IMG/VR virus record: IMGVR_UViG_2724679073_000005
Direction: 5' to 3' (one strand)
Origin: a virus
Lineage: Duplodnaviria > Heunggongvirae > Uroviricota > Caudoviricetes
DNA length: 8,717 bases
Shown: positions 1-5,209 of the stretch, piece after piece
How the letters are laid out: each line of letters starts with the position of its first letter
How positions within the stretch are numbered: the stretch's first letter is position 1
The notes under the pieces: model-generated
Seen by the model: only the letters and a program-made list of their open reading frames with translations
Told to the model about the DNA's origin: nothing
The model's database searches: none
Made by a program: the position numbers and the translations under genes

Positions 1-332
1 CTAACTTTGCAACAGTGCCACCGGATTTACGCGGTGAGTTTATCCGTGGTTGGGATGATGGGCGAGGTGTGGATGCGGGAAGGGTCATCTTAAGCATACA
101 GGGGTGGTTAACAGGAAGTCATTATCATAATATTCGGTCATGGGACGCGTGGGATAACACGGTATTGGTGCCAAATGACAGAGGGGGGGATAGTCTGTTG
201 TCGACAGATAACGCCGTCCGGCAAGGAGCGATTAATGGTAAATTTACCAGTCAATACAGAACGGAGTTATCTGGGGGGAATGAAACCCGCCCACGTAACA
301 TTGCCTTCAATTATATTGTGAGAGCAGCATAA
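1..332 (+). CDS. Tail fibre protein, C-terminal variable (receptor-binding) cassette in expressed orientation; 5' end truncated by window edge
   Basis: Frame open from position 3 to TAA at 330-332 (NFATVPPDLRGEFIRGWDDGRG...ETRPRNIAFNYIVRAA). No credible start or RBS inside the window; the GTG at 15 is an ORF-caller artefact. Stop overlaps the ATG of the downstream chaperone gene (TAATG). Shares the GEFIRGWDDGRG block and the C-terminal 16-aa motif with the three minus-strand cassettes. Confidence 0.8.
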   Translation, partial: NFATVPPDLRGEFIRGWDDGRGVDAGRVILSIQGWLTGSHYHNIRSWDAWDNTVLVPNDRGGDSLLSTDNAVRQGAINGKFTSQYRTELSGGNETRPRNIAFNYIVRAA

Positions 333-943
333 TGGATAATGCGATATTAAATAGCGAACTTATAGCCATACAGGCAGGAAACATTATCGTTTATAACTAT
401 GATGGTGGTAATCGGGAATATATTTCTGCATCAACTGAATATCTTGCTGTTGGCGTTGGTATTCCGGCAAATTCTTGTTTGGATGCTCCAGGCTCACATA
501 AAGCAGGTTATGCGATTCTCCGTTCAGAGGATTTAAGTTCATGGGAGTATGTGCCAGATCATCGTGGCGAAACTGTCTATAGCATTGACACTGGGAATCC
601 CGAAGAAATCACGGTGTTGGGTGACTATCCGGAAAATACAACCACTATCGCCCCGCTAACACCATACGACAAATGGGATGGAGAGAAATGGGTGGTTGAT
701 ACTGAGGCTCAACATAGTGCAGCTGTAGAGGCAGCAGAAACAAAACGTCAGTCATTGATTGATACTGCGATGGATTCCATTAGTCTGATTCAGTTGAAAT
801 TACGGGCTGGACGGAAGTTGACGCAGGCAGAAACCACGCAGCTTAACTCCGTGCTAGATTATATAGACGAGCTGAACGCGATGGATTTAACCACGGCACC
901 AGATCTCAACTGGCCTGAAAAACAACTTTCTACAGCCAGTTGA
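332..943 (+). CDS. tfa: Tail fibre assembly protein (Tfa; Mu U / P2 G / lambda Tfa-type chaperone)
   Basis: 203-aa ORF translationally coupled to the tail-fibre stop. Size and position are typical of Tfa. C-terminal region (...LTQAETTQLNSVLDYIDELNAMDLTTAPDLNWPEKQ) resembles the conserved Tfa C-terminal domain ending in a (N/E)WPE motif, as recalled from P2 G. Confidence 0.8.
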   Translation: MDNAILNSELIAIQAGNIIVYNYDGGNREYISASTEYLAVGVGIPANSCLDAPGSHKAGYAILRSEDLSSWEYVPDHRGETVYSIDTGNPEEITVLGDYPENTTTIAPLTPYDKWDGEKWVVDTEAQHSAAVEAAETKRQSLIDTAMDSISLIQLKLRAGRKLTQAETTQLNSVLDYIDELNAMDLTTAPDLNWPEKQLSTAS

Positions 944-948
944 TATAA

Positions 949-1467
949 TTAATCCGCCCTCACAATATAATTAAATGCAATATTACGAGGGCGGGTTTCT
1001 AAGCCAGCAGTACCTAAATTAGCTACGGACTGTTTATATGTTTTAAAAGTTCCATAATTAGGGGCTGGCAATCCTGCATCGCTTGTGTTCCCCCATCTGA
1101 TAACTCCCGTATTACCACTAGTAGCCCATGCCTCGTCAAAGTAGAAATTAATTGAGCGGTCAGTTGCTACGGTTGATTTTGACGGTAATCCGTGAGCATG
1201 ATCCTCCGTTGCATATCCTTGCTCGCTTAAAATAGAGCGACCAGAGTCAATCCCTCGCCCATCATCCCAGCCACGGATAAACTCACCGCGTAAATCAGGT
1301 AATTTTAACGTTGGGTAAACCTTTGCCAGATTTGGGTACTTTTCAGAAGAAAATGCTGCTCCGTTACATTTCAGCCACCCCGTTGGCGGAGTGGCTGAGG
1401 GCCACGGAACAGGTACGCCAACAGGCAATGCTGAGCCTTCCCCCAAACCAACGTTTTTATGCCGCCC
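949..1467 (-). CDS. Silent alternative tail-fibre C-terminal cassette A (promoterless 3' gene segment)
   Basis: Minus-strand frame open from 1467 down to stop at 949-951: GRHKNVGLGEGSALPVGVPVPWPSATPPTGWLKCNGAAFSSEKYPNLAKVYPTLKLPDLRGEFIRGWDDGRG...ETRPRNIAFNYIVRAD. No ATG or RBS; the TTG 'start' at 1444-1446 lies inside the crossover-site candidate. Convergent with tfa, 5 bp apart. Confidence 0.7.
   Translation of the reverse strand, partial: GRHKNVGLGEGSALPVGVPVPWPSATPPTGWLKCNGAAFSSEKYPNLAKVYPTLKLPDLRGEFIRGWDDGRGIDSGRSILSEQGYATEDHAHGLPSKSTVATDRSINFYFDEAWATSGNTGVIRWGNTSDAGLPAPNYGTFKTYKQSVANLGTAGLETRPRNIAFNYIVRAD
1256..1467 (-). repeat. ~210-bp repeat unit (copy 1 of 3) covering the site-proximal conserved part of cassette A
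   Basis: Near-identical to 1769-1981 and 2228-2441 by direct comparison. Encodes GEGSALPVGVPVPWPSATPPTGWLKCNGAAFSSEKYPNLAK(V/A)YPT(L/N)KLPDLRGEFIRGWDDGRG. Boundaries approximate. Confidence 0.8.
1438..1463. other. Candidate 26-bp serine-invertase crossover site (site A), hix/gix/cix-like
   Basis: TTCCCCCAAACC-AA-CGTTTTTATGCC. Left 12-bp half matches the invertase half-site pattern TTnTCnnAAACC in 8 of 12 positions; central AA dinucleotide; right half degenerate. Sits at the 5' edge of cassette A and overlaps the stop codon of cassette B. Confidence 0.55.
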
Positions 1468-1981
1468 TTACGATGTAATTAAATGCAACGTTGCGAGGGC
1501 GAGTTTCTGTACCTACATTTCCACTAATTTCACCATAACGTTTAACACTACGAGAGCTAATAGCTCGTAGTGAGGAAGGCACCTTATGACCGGGTTCGTC
1601 CGTTTTAACTATTCCCCCGTCACCGTATGTAGCTAGTATTCCTGGATTTACGCCTTCCCGTGCACTTCCTGCGGCGAGTCCGCCCCCTGTCCATAATTCC
1701 ATATAGTGTGCATGGTCCAAAATTGTGTGTGGCTGCCAATTAAGCAAAGCGCGGCCAGCATCCACCCCGCGCCCATCATCCCAGCCACGGATAAATTCAC
1801 CGCGTAAATCAGGTAATTTTAACGTTGGGTAAACCTTTGCCAGATTTGGGTACTTTTCAGAAGAAAATGCTGCACCATTGCATTTCAGCCACCCCGTTGG
1901 CGGTGTGGCTGAGGGCCATGGAATAGGTACACCAACGGGCAGCGCCGAGCCTTCCCCTAAACCAACGTTTTTATGCCGCCC
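1457..1981 (-). CDS. Silent alternative tail-fibre C-terminal cassette B (promoterless 3' gene segment)
   Basis: Manual translation shows the minus-strand frame open from 1981 to stop at 1457-1459 (~174 codons); the ORF track only reports 1457-1765 from an internal GTG. Begins GRHKNVGLGEGSALPVGVPIPWPSATPPTGW...PDLRGEFIRGWDDGRGVDAG and ends ETRPRNVAFNYIVRAA. Its stop codon lies inside the crossover-site candidate of cassette A. Confidence 0.7.
   Translation of the reverse strand, partial: GRHKNVGLGEGSALPVGVPIPWPSATPPTGWLKCNGAAFSSEKYPNLAKVYPTLKLPDLRGEFIRGWDDGRGVDAGRALLNWQPHTILDHAHYMELWTGGGLAAGSAREGVNPGILATYGDGGIVKTDEPGHKVPSSLRAISSRSVKRYGEISGNVGTETRPRNVAFNYIVRAA
1769..1981 (-). repeat. ~210-bp repeat unit (copy 2 of 3), cassette B
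   Basis: The cassette C-terminal-proximal ~65 bp is identical to copy 1; the site-proximal ~135 bp is about 90% identical. Boundaries approximate. Confidence 0.8.
1952..1977. other. Candidate 26-bp serine-invertase crossover site (site B)
   Basis: TTCCCCTAAACC-AA-CGTTTTTATGCC, one mismatch to site A, same orientation. At the 5' edge of cassette B, overlapping the stop codon of cassette C. Confidence 0.55.
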
Positions 1982-2441
1982 TTACGATATAATTAAAGGC
2001 AATATTACGAGGACGGTTTTCATTAGCTGTTGGCACGACACGAGAGGCGTCGAATCCAAGGTCATCGGTTTTGCCTATATCAGTTGTGTTATTCGGCATT
2101 CTCGCAGATCGTGTTCCTGCATCATAAAAAGCCCCTCTGATTGCATCAAAAGACATGCCAATCCCGCCATCTGCGAACCCCTCAATATTTCTTATTGCAT
2201 CCCCCTGTGAAGATAATAATTGTCGCCCGGCATCCACACCACGTCCGTCATCCCAGCCACGAATAAATTCACCGCGTAAATCCGGCAATTTATTAGTAGG
2301 GTAAGCCTTTGCCAGATTTGGGTACTTTTCAGAAGAAAATGCTGCTCCGTTACATTTCAGCCACCCCGTTGGCGGAGTGGCTGAGGGCCACGGAACAGGT
2401 ACGCCAACAGGCAATGCTGAGCCTTCCCCCAAACCAACGTT
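1971..2441 (-). CDS. Silent alternative tail-fibre C-terminal cassette C (promoterless 3' gene segment)
   Basis: Minus-strand frame open from 2441 to stop at 1971-1973. N-terminal 42 residues are identical to cassette A (identical DNA over ~135 bp), followed by a distinct middle and ENRPRNIAFNYIVRAA at the C-terminus. No start codon or RBS of its own. Confidence 0.7.
   Translation of the reverse strand, partial: NVGLGEGSALPVGVPVPWPSATPPTGWLKCNGAAFSSEKYPNLAKAYPTNKLPDLRGEFIRGWDDGRGVDAGRQLLSSQGDAIRNIEGFADGGIGMSFDAIRGAFYDAGTRSARMPNNTTDIGKTDDLGFDASRVVPTANENRPRNIAFNYIVRAA
2228..2441 (-). repeat. ~210-bp repeat unit (copy 3 of 3), cassette C
   Basis: The site-proximal ~135 bp (2305-2440) is identical to copy 1 (1321-1446); the distal part has diverged (KAYPTNK versus KVYPTLK). 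Boundaries approximate. Confidence 0.8.
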
Positions 2442-2449
2442 TTAGTCTT
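2424..2449. other. Candidate 26-bp serine-invertase crossover site (site C), adjacent to invertase gene
   Basis: TTCCCCCAAACC-AA-CGTTTTAGTCTT. Left half and core identical to site A, right half diverges. Lies 55 bp upstream of the invertase ATG, the usual position of the gene-proximal site in Gin/Cin/Hin systems. Confidence 0.55.
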
Positions 2450-2503
2450 AATCCCTACCTATACCAACGATGTATTTTTAACTAAACAAAGAGGTTGTTT
2501 TTC

Positions 2504-3076
2504 ATGCAAATTGGCTACATTCGTGTGTCAACAAATGACCAAAACACAGATTTACAAAGAAATGCACTGAACTGCGCAGGATGTGAACTGATTTTTGAAG
2601 ATAAAATAAGCGGAACAAAGTCAGCCAGACCAGGCTTGAAAAAGCTGCTCAGAACGTTATCAGAAGGAGATACGCTGGTTGTCTGGAAGCTGGATAGGCT
2701 TGGCAGAAGTATGAAACACCTTATCACGCTTATAGAGGAGTTGCGGGAAAAAGGTGTTAATTTCCGTAGTCTGACAGACAGTATTGACACATCAACACCC
2801 ATGGGGCGTTTCTTTTTTCATGTCATGGGTGCTTTAGCAGAAATGGAACGTGAATTAATTGTTGAGAGAACACTGGCCGGACTGGCAGCTGCACGCGAAC
2901 AGGGACGCATTGGCGGACGTCGCCCGAAGTTGACAAAAGAACAACATGAGCAAATAGCGAGGTTGATCGAAAATGGCTACAGCAGGAAACAGTTGGCAAT
3001 TATTTACGATATCGGTGTATCGACGATTTATCGTTATCATCCTGTAGAGAAGCGCCAAACTCAATCTGAGCTGTAA
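2504..3076 (+). CDS. Serine site-specific DNA invertase, Gin/Cin/Pin/Hin/Min family (resolvase-type catalytic domain plus C-terminal HTH)
   Basis: MQIGYIRVSTNDQNTDLQRNAL... carries the catalytic-serine motif (RVST), the conserved VVWKLDRLGRS and FRSLTDSIDTSTPMGRFFFHVMGALAEMERELI blocks, and the GRIGGRRPKLT hinge, followed by an HTH tail. ATG at 2504 has an AAGAGG RBS 10 nt upstream. Exact ortholog (cin, min, pin) cannot be decided by eye. Confidence 0.95.
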   Translation: MQIGYIRVSTNDQNTDLQRNALNCAGCELIFEDKISGTKSARPGLKKLLRTLSEGDTLVVWKLDRLGRSMKHLITLIEELREKGVNFRSLTDSIDTSTPMGRFFFHVMGALAEMERELIVERTLAGLAAAREQGRIGGRRPKLTKEQHEQIARLIENGYSRKQLAIIYDIGVSTIYRYHPVEKRQTQSEL

Positions 3077-3196
3077 TTCTAATGCCGCGTCGGTGTAATT
3101 TATCTTGATAGAATAGGTACATTTATCGCGCGGCACATCAATTCGATGTATCTAGCGCCTGCTGACCGCTAATGAAAACTGTTCTCGAAATGTTGT

Positions 3197-3215
3197 CCCT
3201 AGTCCGAGACTAGGG
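3197..3215. promoter_or_regulatory. Perfect 8-3-8 inverted repeat (CCCTAGTC-cga-GACTAGGG); candidate operator or late-promoter element
   Basis: 19-bp dyad in the non-coding leader between the invertase and the downstream operon. No U-run follows, so it is not an intrinsic terminator. A TANNNT hexamer (TAGGGT, 3211-3216) overlaps its right arm, positioned 3' of the dyad centre. Function unverified. Confidence 0.35.
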
Positions 3216-3511
3216 TATCACCTCTGGAAAGCATACGCAGAACCTTTTTTAACCCAGGGTGCCCAGCTTTTTTGCTGCTCGCCTTATTCGCAAAAATTAG
3301 CTCACATCCTGCGCTTTCAAGTGCTTTTCACTGCATAGCTGTGTTTTGTTCATTTGTCTATATGCGTACATAGCCTATTAGCATATTTTCTGCCCACTAT
3401 CGTTATTTATTGCAAGCTACAGGTTTTAATTAACAAAACCAGTGTGTGTGGAAATCACAAAGTGCATACCGTTCTCAAATGTTGTTCAACTTACTGTTGT
3501 ATAGGTAAAAA

Positions 3512-3775
3512 ATGACATTTTATGTACATATCGTGATGTTATCCCTTCTTGGTGGGGTGTATTCGTATTTGAGTGGGCTATGTGAAAACCGTTACGAGTC
3601 TTCATGCAAGAAATTGCTGGCCGAATGTATTTCCGCCGTACTTGCTGGCTTTATTGGCATGTATCTCGCGGAATATAAGGACATGAATGAAAGCCTTCAG
3701 AGCTGCATGGTTCTTATTTTCAGCGCCAATAGCAGGCTTATTATTGAAGGTTCCAAAAGTCGGTTGAATAGGTAA
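3512..3775 (+). CDS. Hypothetical small membrane protein (two predicted TM helices; possibly holin-like)
   Basis: 87-aa ORF with two hydrophobic stretches (VHIVMLSLLGGVYSYLSGL and LAECISAVLAGFIGMYLAEY) and a weak AGGT RBS. Co-oriented with and just upstream of the lysis/dar operon. Confidence 0.35.
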   Translation: MTFYVHIVMLSLLGGVYSYLSGLCENRYESSCKKLLAECISAVLAGFIGMYLAEYKDMNESLQSCMVLIFSANSRLIIEGSKSRLNR

Positions 3776-3820
3776 GTCTCTTATGCAACATAACCGGTTG
3801 AGAAGTTACTTTGCATACCA

Positions 3821-3846
3821 TTACCTCCTGACAACGTAGGAGGGAA
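3821..3846 (+). promoter_or_regulatory. Hairpin that sequesters the Shine-Dalgarno of the 3850 ORF
   Basis: CCTCCT (3824-3829) pairs with AGGAGG (3838-3843) across an 8-nt loop; the stem extends by two more pairs beyond one mismatch. The GGAGG RBS for the GTG start at 3850 sits inside the 3' arm. Confidence 0.35.
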
Positions 3847-3849
3847 CTT

Positions 3850-4179
3850 GTGCTTGACACACAGGAATTAGCTCCAGTTGCTATTGCGCTCCTGCTTTCA
3901 GTAATTGGTGGGATAGGCACGTTCCTGATGGATGTCCGAGACGGTCGCCAGTCTGGCAATTTGTTGGGATTGGTTACGGAGATCTTTGTTGCAGTGACAG
4001 CTGGCGCGGTGGCGTACCTATTGGGGCAACACGAGGGCTGGGAGTTATCAATTACGTACTTAATGGTAACGATAGCCAGCAATAACGGTCATGAGGTGAT
4101 TTCAGGGATGAAACGAGTGAATATCGATAGCATTCTGAATGTTCTTACAAGTTTGGTGAAAAAGGGAGGCGGGAAATGA
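3850..4179 (+). CDS. lydA: Holin-like small membrane protein (2-3 TM helices, basic C-terminus); candidate P1 LydA homolog
   Basis: 109-aa ORF with GTG start and a strong GGAGG RBS. Hydrophobic helices (LAPVAIALLLSVIGGIGTFL and LLGLVTEIFVAVTAGAVAYLLG) and a KKGGGK tail. First gene of a coupled operon leading into dar-like genes, as in the P1 lydA-lydB-dar operon. Symbol assigned by architecture, not by sequence search. Confidence 0.5.
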   Translation: MLDTQELAPVAIALLLSVIGGIGTFLMDVRDGRQSGNLLGLVTEIFVAVTAGAVAYLLGQHEGWELSITYLMVTIASNNGHEVISGMKRVNIDSILNVLTSLVKKGGGK

Positions 4180-4619
4180 TTGGCTGGGGTGTATGCGTTC
4201 TTGCGTTAGCCTTAGCCGATCGCTATTTGCTAAAACGCAAGGACATCACGCATTTAGAACTTGGTGATGTGGAAATTAAACCGGGTTTCATCCGGGTGCC
4301 GTTCAAATACCGGTCTAAATTCCCGTTTTTGCGCGGCGCAACGGTCAGATATTGGATCCGCGATGTTCAGAAGCCGACGACAGTGATTGAAGGCGAACAA
4401 CGTTGTTTGACGTCGGCTGAACAGGGCGAAAACAGTGAATGGTTGTACATACCCACTGAATATATGGGTAAAGGAGAGCGACTGTGGCATTTCAACGTCA
4501 TGGTTACGCATGGCGACTCGTTCATTAACCCGTTGTATCGGATTTTCCCTGTTACTCAGCAAATCCGCAGAAGTTACGTAATAAATCTCGCACAGGATGT
4601 GTCAGATGACGAAAAATAA
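4176..4619 (+). CDS. lydB: Membrane-anchored protein; candidate antiholin (P1 LydB-like)
   Basis: 147-aa ORF whose ATG overlaps the upstream stop (ATGA). N-terminal hydrophobic anchor (MIGWGVCVLALALA) followed by a soluble domain. Position between the holin-like gene and the hdf-like gene. Symbol assigned by synteny only. Confidence 0.45.
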   Translation: MIGWGVCVLALALADRYLLKRKDITHLELGDVEIKPGFIRVPFKYRSKFPFLRGATVRYWIRDVQKPTTVIEGEQRCLTSAEQGENSEWLYIPTEYMGKGERLWHFNVMVTHGDSFINPLYRIFPVTQQIRRSYVINLAQDVSDDEK

Positions 4620-5208
4620 GTATGCAACGGTCGATTTTGACCAGGTTAATGAAAAGGGGCTGAAATCCCTTATCGCGGCGATCAATAAAACCGGTGTTAC
4701 GGTAATTGAGGTTGACTCCAGCAACCGCGCAACAACGAAAGATGGCGTTAAAGTTAAAACCGCAAAGCTGGTTCTTAACGACGGACAAATTCTTGCCATA
4801 CAGGTAAACGATACTGGCGATATATCGTCTGTGAGGCTGAATGGAAAAGCTATTCCTAACGCTCAGTCGCCGGATATCAAGACGCTTGGTACCGTCATGG
4901 GGCAAGCGGCCCGCAAAAACTCCGCAAAATTCCAGAAATCACTGATCGCCAAAGCGAAACGTGTTGCCAATCCGGTAGACAAGAAACCGGCAGTAAAATC
5001 CAACTTTCAGCGCCTGCAAGAGGCAAAACAGCGGAATGCTCAGGTGGTTGCCGCTTATAAATCAGCGCAGAACTCGGTGTCTTTCAATCAACAGCAGATC
5101 ACTGATTTGCGGGCGAAGCTGGATAAGGAGACAGGCCGACTCAATAACGAAAAGGCCCGAAATGGCGAACTCAAACGCCGTCTTAAGCAACTGAAAGCAG
5201 GAAATTAA
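4606..5208 (+). CDS. hdf: Hdf-like protein (paralog of a DarA internal domain); putative capsid-associated antirestriction accessory protein
   Basis: ORF track start is 4597, but the ATG at 4606 has an AGGA RBS 8 nt upstream and is the likelier start. Shares a ~70-aa domain with the next protein (LNDGQILAIQV...TLGTVMGQAARKNSAKFQ versus LSDGQTISILF...TLAQVTMKLANLAEKNSAKFQ), then a basic coiled-coil tail. Size (~22 kDa) and position match P1 hdf. Confidence 0.55.
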   Translation: MTKNKYATVDFDQVNEKGLKSLIAAINKTGVTVIEVDSSNRATTKDGVKVKTAKLVLNDGQILAIQVNDTGDISSVRLNGKAIPNAQSPDIKTLGTVMGQAARKNSAKFQKSLIAKAKRVANPVDKKPAVKSNFQRLQEAKQRNAQVVAAYKSAQNSVSFNQQQITDLRAKLDKETGRLNNEKARNGELKRRLKQLKAGN

Positions 5209-5209
5209 C

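Noticed and set aside
457-482. CGTTGGT heptamer inside tfa as a possible fourth (inverted) crossover site
   Set aside because: Only 7 bp match and the flanking half-sites do not fit the site pattern. The true inverted partner is expected upstream of the window, inside the tail-fibre gene.
954-994. Inverted repeat CCGCCCTC...GAGGGCGG as a bidirectional terminator between convergent tfa and cassette A
   Set aside because: The 25-nt loop is too long and there is no U-tract. The dyad arises from the codons for the conserved RPR...VRA peptide and is weaker in the other cassettes.
1878-2210. 110-aa + strand ORF
   Set aside because: Lies antisense to tail-fibre cassettes B and C inside the repeat, has no RBS and a low-complexity Cys/Ser-rich translation. 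Shadow ORF.
1444-2432. TTG or GTG 'start codons' of cassettes A, B and C (1444-1446, 1763-1765, 2430-2432)
   Set aside because: The reading frames stay open upstream through the crossover-site candidates and there is no RBS. These are internal codons of promoterless gene segments, not starts.
2495-2503. TTG start proposed by the ORF track for the invertase (MFFMQIGY...)
   Set aside because: The ATG at 2504 gives the canonical family N-terminus (M-x-IGY-x-RVST) and has a properly spaced AAGAGG RBS, which the TTG would overlap.
2515-3136. Two minus-strand ORFs (95 and 93 aa) overlapping the invertase gene
   Set aside because: Antisense shadows of a confidently identified, conserved invertase CDS; no translation signals.
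3084-3136. GCCGCG...CGCGGC inverted repeat after the invertase stop as an intrinsic terminator
   Set aside because: Arms are about 40 nt apart and there is no U-run. Not a convincing rho-independent terminator.
3443-3451. GT dinucleotide run (GTGTGTGTG)
   Set aside because: Too short to be a meaningful simple-sequence repeat or contingency locus, and not in a coding region.
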